Shown one piece after another: positions 53,866-64,000 of a stretch of DNA of 64,000 nt. A program made the position numbers and the translations under genes. The first letter of the stretch is position 1, and every line of letters starts with the position of its first letter. The stretch lies in assembly GCA_003427395.1 (NCBI GenBank), contig BFEA01000010.1:1369091-1433090 (forward strand). The letters run 5' to 3'. Source of the stretch: Chara braunii. Taxonomy: Eukaryota; Plantae; Charophyceae. The notes under the pieces were generated by a model. It saw only the letters and a program-made list of their open reading frames with translations, did no database searches and was not told the origin of the DNA.

Positions 53866-56800
53866 TGTCCATCACACATAGCTTGCACGCCACAACAACA
53901 GCAAACCACACCGACAGCCATGGATACCACCCCTGTTCCCGTTACAGACACACCTCGGATAACAGAACAACTCACTCCCACAGTCATACCTCGAAGTACA
54001 TTTGAATAAGAAAACTTTCAATACCATCACTACAGCCAACCACGCATTCACAACACATGGGTCGATACCGCAGCCCTGCACTACCAAGATGTTGCGAACT
54101 GCAACATGGCTTGTAGACGTCATACTTATCCACAAGCTCCTGCCGGACTGCAAAACCTGGCTACAGACACAGGAAGCGCGGTTGCTACTGCACGGATGAT
54201 GGGTGATGGACCGATTTCACAACCACCATCTACTGTGAATAATGCACATTCACAAACTCCCCACTTCCTGCACATTGCACATCCAGTGACACTCACCAAC
54301 CATTCCATATTATGGCCCACGGACAGGTTCGCCACACCCATCTTGCAAGGAAATGACCATCCCACAACGGCTAACCCACCATCAGGAAACCCCCACACCG
54401 CCTCTACCTCAAGCGCTGCATGCGACAGAGCAATTTAGGACACGCTACTCCCAACCACATCTGGGAATCCCAACACTGGCTTACTGCACGCTGTTGCACA
54501 CAACTTTGCAATGCACGGACCAAACGCGAACACCGCTAATCTGTTGACAACATCCAACAACGCTGCTACCGAAACTGAGAGAGAGGCAAGAAGACGAGAG
54601 CAACTCCTGAGCATAGCAATGAACCCGCTGCCTACGCAACAAAGAAGTAATGGAAGGAGGGAAAACAGAACATGCAAGACCCTATCTCAGCAAGGCAAAA
54701 AAGCAGAACGAAAGGCATAACAATCAGAAGCAGATGAAGTCTGATGTCTGGCAGCCCCACATGAGGTACATACTACGAAATCAGTAACTACACAACGCAG
54801 ACAACACTTCACAACTTACCACCCAGAGACAAATGTTGGCACAAAGCAGCACAACTACAATCAATGGTACCTCCATTGCTACTAATACAGTCCTTCTGGG
54901 TTCCAATCCAAATGGATTACAGGAATGGATGCCACCGATCGGATAAATCATGCAACAGTGGGGCACGCTTGAATGCAAACGCTTCATCACCTGGCAGACA
55001 AGAGGAGCCTGCCAATCACGAAGTCATCCAAGCCAGCAGCAACGATATCAGCGAGGGAGGGAGACTGCGGTTCCCTATTAATGTTGGCTCTCTGTCGCCA
55101 GGTATACCACTACGACCAGTCTTAGCGATAGATGCGTTATGACAAAACTACGGTGCAAGTACCGGAGAATGCTCACTTCTTAGAACAACTAGTGATCAGA
55201 CTGCTCTCGGCACTGAGTCACAGAGTGCTGAGGATTCATGGAAGAGAGTCTGCAGAAGGCTGAGTCCAGATTACCAGCTCCCAACCGCTAGTATTACAAG
55301 AAACTAGACTAACAACCAGCTTATAAATCCACTAGTCTACATCACTGCAAATTAGTGGACAACCAACGAACCCTGTCGGTTAGTTTGACCAATCTAAGAC
55401 TGCATAACCGGTACTAACCCATACAAGTCCTAATTGACTGCCGAAAATGAATGTTTTTTTTAAAAAAAGGGGAGATTTCCCTGACTTCAAACTTGTTTGC
55501 CTTCGAGTTTTGATAAACACTACACCTATAGCACTATGTTCTACCACCCTTTCACTACACTTGAAACCTTGATACCGATTCATACTACCCAACATTTTCT
55601 ACTACAATAGCGCACTCCATCATTTTTTTTTTCATCTATATATATTTATATATCTTGCTCTCTCTCGCTCTCTCAAAATCTCGTAATCTCTCTAGCTCTC
55701 TCTGTCTCTCTACAACTCTCTCTAGCTCGCACTCCCTCTCCCCCCCCCTTCTCTCCCTCGCACGCGCACGCGCTGTCTCTCTCTGTTACACTCTCTCTCC
55801 CACTCCGTCTCATTTTCCGACATTCTTTCCGCTCTCTCTTCCCCCTTCTCCCCCCCCCCCTCTCTCTCTACCCCCTGATTGTTTTCCTCTCTCTTTTCCA
55901 CACTCACTTTTAACAAACTCTTTATCGCCCCCGCACATCAGAAAACAGAAAATCAACAAAACTAGCTTGTAAATAAATACTATCAGTGTTGTGTGCAAGT
56001 GCAGCGGCTACAAGCAATGGAGGATGGAAGACTCGGTTGGCGAGCAAACAAGGAAACAGACAAACACATTATATGTTGCTACTATATGAATCGTATAATG
56101 GAACGTTTCAAATTTAAGAATATATTGAGGAACATTGAACTGAAATACAACCCTGCTGCAATATCTAATTTAGAAAAAATCACTTTCTCATGGACCTACA
56201 ATGACCACATCGCAAAAAGTCTATACAAACCAGTTGCGGTGTTTCGGGAATTCAACCTCCATGAGTGGATTGACCAACAACCTGAGAACTGCTATTGTCA
56301 ACAACATAGGTATGCAGAGTTCACTAATGCTCTTTCACAGGAATTAACTCCAGAACACGAACACCCACATTTTGTCACACTGATTTTTTTTTATTTTTTA
56401 TTTTATCTTAGTATAATTGAAAATCAGAACCTTTGGAAGTTAGTAGAGAAAGGACCAAACCATATACCACCTACTACAACCAAGATAAATAATATCATGC
56501 TTTGTGTGAACAATCTTTGGGAAAACTTCATGACAGCCTTAATTAAAAAAATCCTACACCATTAGGTGAAGAAAAAACAAACGCAAAAAAAGAATTTCAC
56601 AAGATTATCTCGCAAAATCTCGAAAATATCCAACCACACAATGGGATTAACTTACAGCCTTACATGATCACGCAATCAACCACGAGATTAATTTCCTTAC
56701 TTAACATTTCTACATCTCCGGAGATGATAAAACGTCCCACACACCAGTCTTTATCTACAAAAATTTAATAAGAAAATTAACATTTCAAAGACTATCAAGC

Positions 56801-58362
56801 CAAGACTTCTCTCCCTGCGCATTTTACGCAAAAGATTTGCTCGACCACCTTGAAACAGAACTGAGGACAATTTTTTCAGATATACCGATGGGAAATAAAA
56901 CCCTGCCCTATCTATTCGCTACACATAAAAAAAACGCAAGAATTCGTTTAGACGACTCACAAACGTGGCCGACGTAATTTCATCCCCACTAGCCGGCCTA
57001 GCAGCCGAAGTGCTAAAAACACTTATCAAAGTTATTAAAATTCACTTTGGAGATCTAATTATGCAAACAATCAAGGAGACTGGTCTCAAGGTTCCGTTTT
57101 GGTGGCCCATCAACCTGCCGAATGCAGTAAACGCTGTCTTCTCCGCAGATATAACAAGATGCTACGAAACTATAATCATAGATGACAGCGAGGATGGACT
57201 GCCAGCTGCTATACAGTTCTTCATAAAACTTGCCTTTCAATAGGCAAAGAAAAGACATGAGAACAACGTACATCCTGCATGCAAATTCTACAAAGGCAAG
57301 AAATAAAACGCCCTTGTCTGTGAATGGTTTACCAACCCACCACACGACTATCTGTCGTTGGATCTAACAATCGTAATTGCTATCAACAAATGGCTAATAA
57401 ATAATGCATATACATCTCTCGGAAATTATATCTGGAAACAAACTCTAGGTATATCGATGGGCGTAAGTTGCTCAACCATCTTATGCAACATATACTTCTT
57501 CAAGTATGAATACAAATTCATTAGAAAAATCAGGCACAAATCGAACAGATAGATACTACATCTATTCCAGCACGTATTCCGTTACTTTCACGACTTCCAC
57601 ATCATTAATAACCCACGTATCAAAAAATTCATCAACCCCTCGGAAACTAGCCCCCGAAGTCAATACTACCTGTACCCTTTGCAAATTATCACACTCAATG
57701 AACAAACAACCGAACAAATAACAATCAATGGTGCAACAATGGGCAAAAAAACGAACTTTTTGAACATCACAATAGAAATCACTAACATACACACTGATAT
57801 ATATAAAACTGTCAAGTATGAAAGAAGAAAAGAACTCGACTTCCTAATCACACGGTTAATTTATGCCGAATCCAATAGATCTGTGCAACAGTCCATCAAC
57901 CTGCTAATGCTTCAAATCATTACAATCATGACAATAGAATCAGAACCCGACTATGCTGCCAAAGAAATAAAAACAGACCATACAGACCCTCGTACAAAAC
58001 GAATTCCATCAACACAGATTGCGAGGACTTACCCTAAAAATACTCCAAAACCCTATACGTACCAACCTTTCCGTTATGACCCAATCAGAGTGCTCTAGGT
58101 ACTGCAGAATAATAGTACACTGTAAAATTAGTATAACAGAAGATAAGATAAAAGAAAATATGGATTTTTATAAATAACTTTTTTCAACTACAGACCTCAA
58201 AACTAAACTAATAGCGCCCCTATAAGTGTTGTTGTGTGTGAAAGCCAAAAACCTGGCTTGGTTCGGATGGAGGACCTACCCCAGACATTAAAAAAAACCT
58301 ACTCCTTTGGAACCTCCATCACGAGGGTTTGGGGCCCGAGGAGAGCCTGCTCACGCTGGAAT

Positions 58363-58955
58363 GCGGAGGAGAGCCTGCTTACGCTGCAACAAGAGCTGAG
58401 AAGGCAGGATTACCCGGCTGACATGTTTGACCGGACTCTCTGAAAGTTCGTAGGAAAACGAGCCCCGGAATGGGCGGAGATAGCTAGAAGGGTGACCTAG
58501 GAATTACTGTAGGACTTTGTGTCGGTGCCTGTGGTAGGCCGGCGGGCCCGAGTTGGGGGTTGATGGGTCTGTGAATTGTGGTAGTTGAGTCACGCTAGAT
58601 TGTAGCTTGTTGTTTTGTCCCGATGATCATGTTCTGGGTCCTTGTTTTTTGTTGTTGATTGGTTTGTTTTTTTTCTAAGGCCGCTCGGACTATTAATAAC
58701 TGACGGTCTGTTTAGGTAGGTCTCTCAGCTCGAGACGCCCCCCTGATGAGGCTGGATCTGGGTCCAGCCGAAACGCGTCGGGGAATACCCAGATGCGCGG
58801 ATGAAAGTCTCGCATACTGTGCCTAAGCTTATCGTCAATTTCTATGCACGTTGTTTGCGTTTCGTTTCGAATTTAACATCTATTTGAGTTTGCCTTGGGT
58901 AAATGACTGCGCTGCATGTTGTGTTGGTAACGTCATGCAACGTCTATAATCAACT
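58363..58955 (+). repeat. 5' pseudo-LTR (copy of ORF 3' end + UTR)
   Basis: near-identical to 62969-63557. Confidence 0.95.
58739..58793 (+). ncRNA. Type I hammerhead ribozyme (minimal palindromic stem III) with 3' pseudoknot arm; predicted cleavage after C58779
   Basis: CCCC-CUGAUGA-GGCUGGA[UCUGGG]UCCAGCC-GAAA-CGC-GUC-GGGG..CCCAGA. Confidence 0.92.
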
Positions 58956-59123
58956 TCTAGCGAGCATTGTAACTAGCCAAGGGACGATTACTTGGAGATT
59001 GGTGGCAGTGCGTTACGCACAGGTGAGTCTACAGTTACTAGCCGAGGGATCGAAGTAACTTGAGGAGTTTCCAAGAGCGCAGCGAGGCGAGTAACGAGGC
59101 AATTCGGATATCGGAAGAGGAGT

Positions 59124-59885
59124 GTGGGAAATGGATACGAGTCACGGAAGATGGGAAGTAGACGATACGATTCCAGAGGAGGAAGGGATAGGTACGGCGG
59201 TTACGATACGATGGGTTGGGAGAGTGGCGGGGATGAGAGGCGTGACAGAGGTAGGGAGGAACGTTGTGACCGAAGACCCAGTGACAGAAGAGGTGGTTCG
59301 GCGGACAGCTATGACAGAAGGGGATACGACGAAGGGAGTGTGAGGCAGGTAAGATGCTACGAATGTAACGAGATAGGCCACTACAAGAGCCAATGTCCGA
59401 GACTGCAAGCGCGAGCCGGGAGCGGAGGGCAAGGTGGAATGGTTGCACTAAGTAGAGAGCTTGAGGACTCTTTGAGCGCCGTGGGGAAGATGGCGAGGCA
59501 GCTGTTGGACAAGCAAAAGGAGGCAGAAGACGCCAAAAGGGAGGCGGAAGAAAAAAGAAAGAAAGAAGAGGGGGAAAAAGCAGCAAAAGAGGAGGCAGCA
59601 AGGGGCGAAATGACAAAAAAGAAAGCAAAGGAGGAGGACCAGAAAAGAAAATGGGAGTTGAAGAAGTTGCTGGCGGAGCAACGTGAAAAGTATGAAGCAA
59701 AGCTGGAAAAGATCGTGCGAAGAGGAATTAAAGGGGTTACAAGTGGGAAGAAGGAAACAGCTGCAGTCGCGCAAACACCGTTCAACTCCGACGATGAAGA
59801 AGAGGAAGCTGAAGGAACGCCGTTAACTGATAAGCGGACTCTACAGGTGAAGTTGAGAACAGTCCCCCGGTGGGAACGCCACTGA
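59124..59885 (+). CDS. PLE N-terminal/ORF1-like region: RD/RG-rich tract, CCHC zinc knuckle, coiled coil (frameshifts into 59870-60274)
   Basis: CYECNEIGHYKSQC; long E/K/A-rich helix. Confidence 0.75.
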   Translation: MGNGYESRKMGSRRYDSRGGRDRYGGYDTMGWESGGDERRDRGREERCDRRPSDRRGGSADSYDRRGYDEGSVRQVRCYECNEIGHYKSQCPRLQARAGSGGQGGMVALSRELEDSLSAVGKMARQLLDKQKEAEDAKREAEEKRKKEEGEKAAKEEAARGEMTKKKAKEEDQKRKWELKKLLAEQREKYEAKLEKIVRRGIKGVTSGKKETAAVAQTPFNSDDEEEEAEGTPLTDKRTLQVKLRTVPRWERH

Positions 59886-60274
59886 AGCAGGGGAAGAAAG
59901 AAGAAGTGAGCACGTCTAGTAAGAAGAAGGGTAGGGGCAGACCTACCAAAGTCGAGGCACAAGCCAGCAGGCTGCCTCGAGGAGAAGACCCATGGGAAGG
60001 TGTTCCTATGGGAAAAAAGTACGTTTCGGGGTCTGCTTACAGGAAGGCCGTTCGGAAAGCTCTAGGATCATTCTACCCGGAAACGCTACAACTCATGTGC
60101 AAAGGGGCAGGAGTGCCGTTCCACGGGGTGAACGACGCCGTTGATATCTTGGCAGAACTCCGTGTTACCTTTTGCTTTAGAGGGAAGGCAGCGTCGGGCT
60201 CTACGTCAAACCAGACGGATGAGGTCCAGATGAGGGGGGCCCCGAAAGAAGATCTAGGTGAGCCCAACGAGTAA
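59870..60274 (+). CDS. Continuation with AT-hook and SAP-like helix-extension-helix
   Basis: KKGRGRPTK; PETLQLMCKGAGVPFHGVNDAVDILAE. Confidence 0.55.
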   Translation: MGTPLKQGKKEEVSTSSKKKGRGRPTKVEAQASRLPRGEDPWEGVPMGKKYVSGSAYRKAVRKALGSFYPETLQLMCKGAGVPFHGVNDAVDILAELRVTFCFRGKAASGSTSNQTDEVQMRGAPKEDLGEPNE

Positions 60275-60827
60275 CTCGGAGAGTTGGAAACTTCTGTTGG
60301 AATTTCTGGAGTGTTGCAAATGGTGTCGGCTAAATAAGAATGCTAAGGAACTTAGACCGCTGGTTGAGAAGATTCTGAGGAACGTGATACTTCTGCTTAT
60401 TCTTGAAGATGATGTGAGATGGGGGAGGAAATTAGTGGAGTGCTGTTGGGAGATTTTTGAGAATGACAGGGAGAGGTGGGATGTCACGAATTCGTCTGTC
60501 TACGCTCTAATCAATCCTTGGTGTAGATTGTTGTACTTAGGGAAAACCAAGTATACTCTAAGTGAGAGATGGGCTGAGCATGTGGGAAGAACGCTGGGCG
60601 AGGATCATGGGAAGAATAAATTGTACTCATGGCTCCGGAAATGGGGATGCCCGGTTGCGGTAGCGGAGAAGAAGGATTTGGGGGGGCTAGAAGGGAGAAT
60701 GATAAAACGTTGGTGTCCTGCGTTGAATACAAATGGATGGAAGGACGGGAGGAATAGGAAGGTGATGAAGAAGAAAGGAGGAAAGGGAGGAGGGAACGAA
60801 AGAAGAAGCAGACGGAGTTCTTTGTAA
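60258..60827 (+). CDS. GIY-YIG endonuclease (disrupted)
   Basis: VYALINP..LYLGKT..LSERWAEH...LE..MIKRWCPALN. Confidence 0.85.
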   Translation: MSPTSNSESWKLLLEFLECCKWCRLNKNAKELRPLVEKILRNVILLLILEDDVRWGRKLVECCWEIFENDRERWDVTNSSVYALINPWCRLLYLGKTKYTLSERWAEHVGRTLGEDHGKNKLYSWLRKWGCPVAVAEKKDLGGLEGRMIKRWCPALNTNGWKDGRNRKVMKKKGGKGGGNERRSRRSSL

Positions 60828-60868
60828 ATGAGAAGGTTCTGAAGTTTTTTACGGAAAGGCTGAACGGG

Positions 60869-63118
60869 GTGGCTAAGCTGACGAAAAGGATTGGTGATAT
60901 TAAGGGGAAAAAAGGGCGAGATGTAGTATCGAGTGGAGGAAGAATCTGGGCAGAGGATTGGGGTGTTATTAGAAGAAGGTTCGGGGAATCCGATCTTATG
61001 ATTAGGGAAGTGAAAGTGAAGCTAAGGAAGGCCAAATCTAGCTTCGAGGAAGGGTGCGCTATTCGTTTCTTACGTGTGAGGGAGAGGAAACCGGGCGATC
61101 CAAAAGTGCAGAAGCATCTGCACCAGCCGTTGAAATGTCCCTGGACGAGGAGGAAACTTGATGTGCTGGGGTTGGAAGAGCTATCGGTTACATTTCAGAA
61201 TGTTAAAGCCTTTTCAAGGAAGTCTACGAGAAAAACGCTAAAATTTGTACTAGATCGGGTGGTCAGAAGGAAGTTTAATGTGTCTTTGAGAAGAAGGTTG
61301 GTGATGGGAGCTAAGTACGATGAAAGGATATTAAGAGCGGAGATTAGGAAGGTGGTAGTGGGTAAGATAGAGCAGGGGTGTCGTTCGGAAACGGAAGCAA
61401 GGATACGGTGTCAGAAGCTTCGTCTCGTCTGGCTAAAAAAACAGACGGTCGGAGATCTTCTCCATAACCACCGAAGTCGTCAGTTGGTTTCAGTCTGCTG
61501 TTGCGCAGGCCTTGATCTTCCCCGACAGGGGGAACAAGTATCCTTCTGCTTAAGTTCCCGGACTGACGTGGACCCGAGGCTGTTGAACTCGAAGAACGTG
61601 GTACAGGGTTGTGATAGCAGGGAGGATGATTGGAAACTTTGTCGGGAGATGAACGATGAGATGATGACGAATGGGATTGATTCGTTTTGGACGATACAAG
61701 AAGCCAGGAGCTGTATAAGGATGAGGAAAGATCGCAGGGATGGCTTGCTTGATGCTATTGAGGAGGTGAAGGGGAGGTGGAACGGATTGGTGTTTTGCCC
61801 TTTGGATAAGAACATGGCTGAAACTTTGGTTGTATGTCCATCGTTGTACGAATCTAGGATGAGGGAAAATTTTTAGGGGAACGAGGCATTTGAAGCGGTT
61901 TGGAGAGAGGAGGAGGTGGTGATGGCGAGGGCAAAGAACGACTACGATGGAAGAGGGTTAAAGAAGATCGAAAAATGGAATTGCAAGGGGTCTTGGGGCA
62001 AGGCGTACATATTGCCCAAGCACAAGGATACGTCGAAGTCACGACCGATCTCGCCGTCATTCAGTGAGCCTGCTAAAGTGGCGAACCAACGGGTCGCCAG
62101 GGCCTTGAACTTCCTTCTTAACTCTTTGCCAGTTAATGATCATTTCAACAGGAAGTCCACGAATCAGTTGAAGAAGAGACTCGAAGGGGTGAATCAATGG
62201 GCGAGAAAGAAAGGTCAAGGGGAAATCGTGGGGGTAGCGTATGACATTATAGAAATGTTTAGTAGGCTGCCCCACGACACAGTGAAGCAGGTGGTGAGAT
62301 GGATTCTTTCCTTTTTTGCAAGCAAAGGACGAGATTCTGTGTTAGTTAGGACAAGAGGGAAGGGTGCTTCCTTTGGAAACAAGAAAGGTGAAGAAGGGTG
62401 GTTGAGGATTGACTTCGCTCTGATTCAGGAAATGGTTGAGCATGACTTGGAGAACACCTTTTTGTGGGTATCCGGCCGGCTGATCAAGCAAAACGAGGGC
62501 ATCCCGATGCGAAAGTCGAGTAGCCCTCCGATTGCATGTATTTTGTGCGCTTATTTTGAGTTTAACATTTTGAAGAGTATGGGGAAGGATGCGGGGTTGG
62601 CAAAACGGATCAGGTTAGTCGATGATGTGTCACTCTTTGTTTGGAAAGGTTGGGGAGAGAAAAAGTCGAGGAAAGCAAGGGAGATTGTAAGGAAGTTTGA
62701 AGTAGCCTATGATCCGAAGCTCACTCTCAAAAAGACCGATGGGGGCTTGAACGAATAGGGCTTCCTGGGTTGTAGGGTGAAAGTTCAGGGAAGAGGCGTC
62801 GTGTGCTGGTACAAATAAAAAAACTTTGAGGAGATCTGGAGTAACGAAGGCCGCGTTTCCTATAGAAACTTTCACGACTTCTGCTCATACACCGGTAAAA
62901 GGCAGAAGAGGTTGTTGGTTAATGGAATGATCCATAAGATCAGGGAATGTTCCATGACGTTGTCAGGAGCGGAGGAGAGCCTGCTCACGCTGAAACGCGA
63001 GCTGAGAAGGCAGGATTGCTCGTCTAATATGTTTGACCGGACTCTCTGGAAGTTCGTAGGAAAACAGGCCCCGGACTGGGTGGAGATAGCTAGAAGGGTG
63101 ACTTGGGAATTACTGTAG
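60869..63118 (+). pseudogene. PLE reverse transcriptase split by stops and frameshifts (ORFs 60869-61876, 61916-62758, 62912-63118)
   Basis: HNHR..CCC; PLDKN; YILPKHKD..SRPI; YDIIEMFSRLPH; QNEGIPM..SSP; RLVDD. Confidence 0.9.
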
Positions 63119-63557
63119 GACTTTGTGTCGGTGCCTGTGGTAGGCCGGCGGGCCCGAGTTGGGGGTTGATGGGTCTATGAATTGTGGTAGCTGAGTCACA
63201 CTAGATTGTAGCTTGCTGTTTTGTCCCAATGGTCATGTTCTGGGTCCTTGTTTTTTGTTGTTGATTGGTTTGGTTTTTTTCTAAGGCCGCTCGGACTATT
63301 AATATCTGACGGTCTGTTTAGGTAGGTCTCTCAGTTCGAGACGCCCCCCTGATGAGGCTGGATCTGGCTCCAGCCGAAACGCGTCGGGGAATAGCCAGAT
63401 GCGCGGACGAAAGTCTCGCACACTGTGCCTAAGCTTATCGTTAATTTCTATGCACGTTGTTTGCGTTTCATTTTGAATTGAACATCTGAGTTTGCCTTGG
63501 GTAAACGACTACGCTGCATGTTGTGTTGGTAACGTCATGCACTGTCTATAATCAACT
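62969..63557 (+). repeat. 3' pseudo-LTR
   Basis: near-identical to 58363-58955. Confidence 0.95.
63345..63399 (+). ncRNA. Second hammerhead ribozyme copy; predicted cleavage after C63385
   Basis: CCCC-CUGAUGA-GGCUGGA[UCUGGC]UCCAGCC-GAAA-CGC-GUC-GGGG..GCCAGA. Confidence 0.92.
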
Positions 63558-63713
63558 CAACGAGGGTTTGGGGAGGGACACACACACACACACACACATA
63601 CACACACATACACACACATAATAAGAAATGAAACTAAAAGATAAAAAATATAAATAAAAGTTATATATGTAATTAAATTAAGAATTAAAAACTAAAAATA
63701 ATAATAATAATAA

Positions 63714-63977
63714 CTAGGCTACCAGAGTGGCCCGGTGTCACTTGCCTGGCCGGGCCAAAAAAATAAAAATAAAAAAATTATTTTTAATTTTTAATTTTAA
63801 TTTTAATTTTGGTGAAGAATTTCGATGTGACCCTTAGGCAAAAGTTGTTCACTTTAGTTTTCTGCATAACATAGTTTTTTTTTCGGAGTTTTTGGAGTTT
63901 TTTTTTTTTTTTTTTTGCTGGAACCTCCTTGCACGGGTTGGCCACCCGGAACCCGGGCATCCCGGCTCGTAGCCTAG
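63714..63977. mobile_element. hAT-like MITE, TIR CTAGGCTAC, TSD AATAATAA
   Basis: CTAGGCTAC...GTAGCCTAG; AATAATAA on both sides (inside an AAT microsatellite, so the TSD is weak evidence); CCGG subterminal repeats. Confidence 0.75.
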
Positions 63978-64000
63978 AATAATAATAAATAAAAAAATAA

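Larger units (their letters stand above)
52050..58334 (+). mobile_element. Older decayed Penelope-like element with N-terminal GIY-YIG remnant and RT
   Basis: LVYI...VG*..NLRLHNRY (~55333-55420); NCYC; LPYLFATHK; FSADITRCYETI; KQTLGISMGVSCSTILCNIY; FRYFHD; many stops and frameshifts; left boundary approximate. Confidence 0.8.
58335..63559 (+). mobile_element. Younger Penelope-like element (Chlamys-type, endonuclease before RT) with partial-tandem pseudo-LTRs and 14-bp TSD
   Basis: TSD ACGAGGGTTTGGGG at 58321-58334 and 63560-63573; direct repeats 58363-58955 / 62969-63557; GIY-YIG and PLE RT motifs; hammerheads. Confidence 0.92.

Noticed and set aside
58363-63557. LTR retrotransposon interpretation of the direct repeats
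   Set aside because: The repeats lack TG..CA ends, PBS and PPT, and include the ORF 3' end; the element has a GIY-YIG and no integrase, so these are PLE pseudo-LTRs.

Overview
Eukaryotic, repeat-saturated window with no intact host gene. The Gypsy gag/pol peptides, plant-type 28S and cox2 fragments, N gaps and a Nextera adapter suggest a draft charophyte (Chara-like) assembly; this is inference. Contents in order: a multi-subfamily 80-91 bp satellite; a decayed Penelope-like element (PLE, minus strand); several hAT-like MITEs with 8-bp TSDs; Copia-like, Gypsy and LINE relics; a tandemly re-duplicated 28S rRNA fragment spanning the R2 site; two chromovirus-type Gypsy pol remnants; a 5.3 kb solo-LTR-like insert; a second decayed PLE carrying a mitochondrial cox2 fragment; and a younger PLE at 58335-63559. 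The younger PLE has a 14-bp TSD and the order CCHC knuckle / coiled coil / AT-hook / SAP-like / GIY-YIG / RT (N-terminal endonuclease, Chlamys-type). Its two ~590 bp pseudo-LTRs each hold a hammerhead ribozyme. The most notable signal is a compensatory double substitution between the two hammerhead copies, supporting a loop II / 3'-tail pseudoknot on a minimal (palindromic stem III) core. All calls are by eye; no alignments or searches were run, and boundaries of old relics are approximate.
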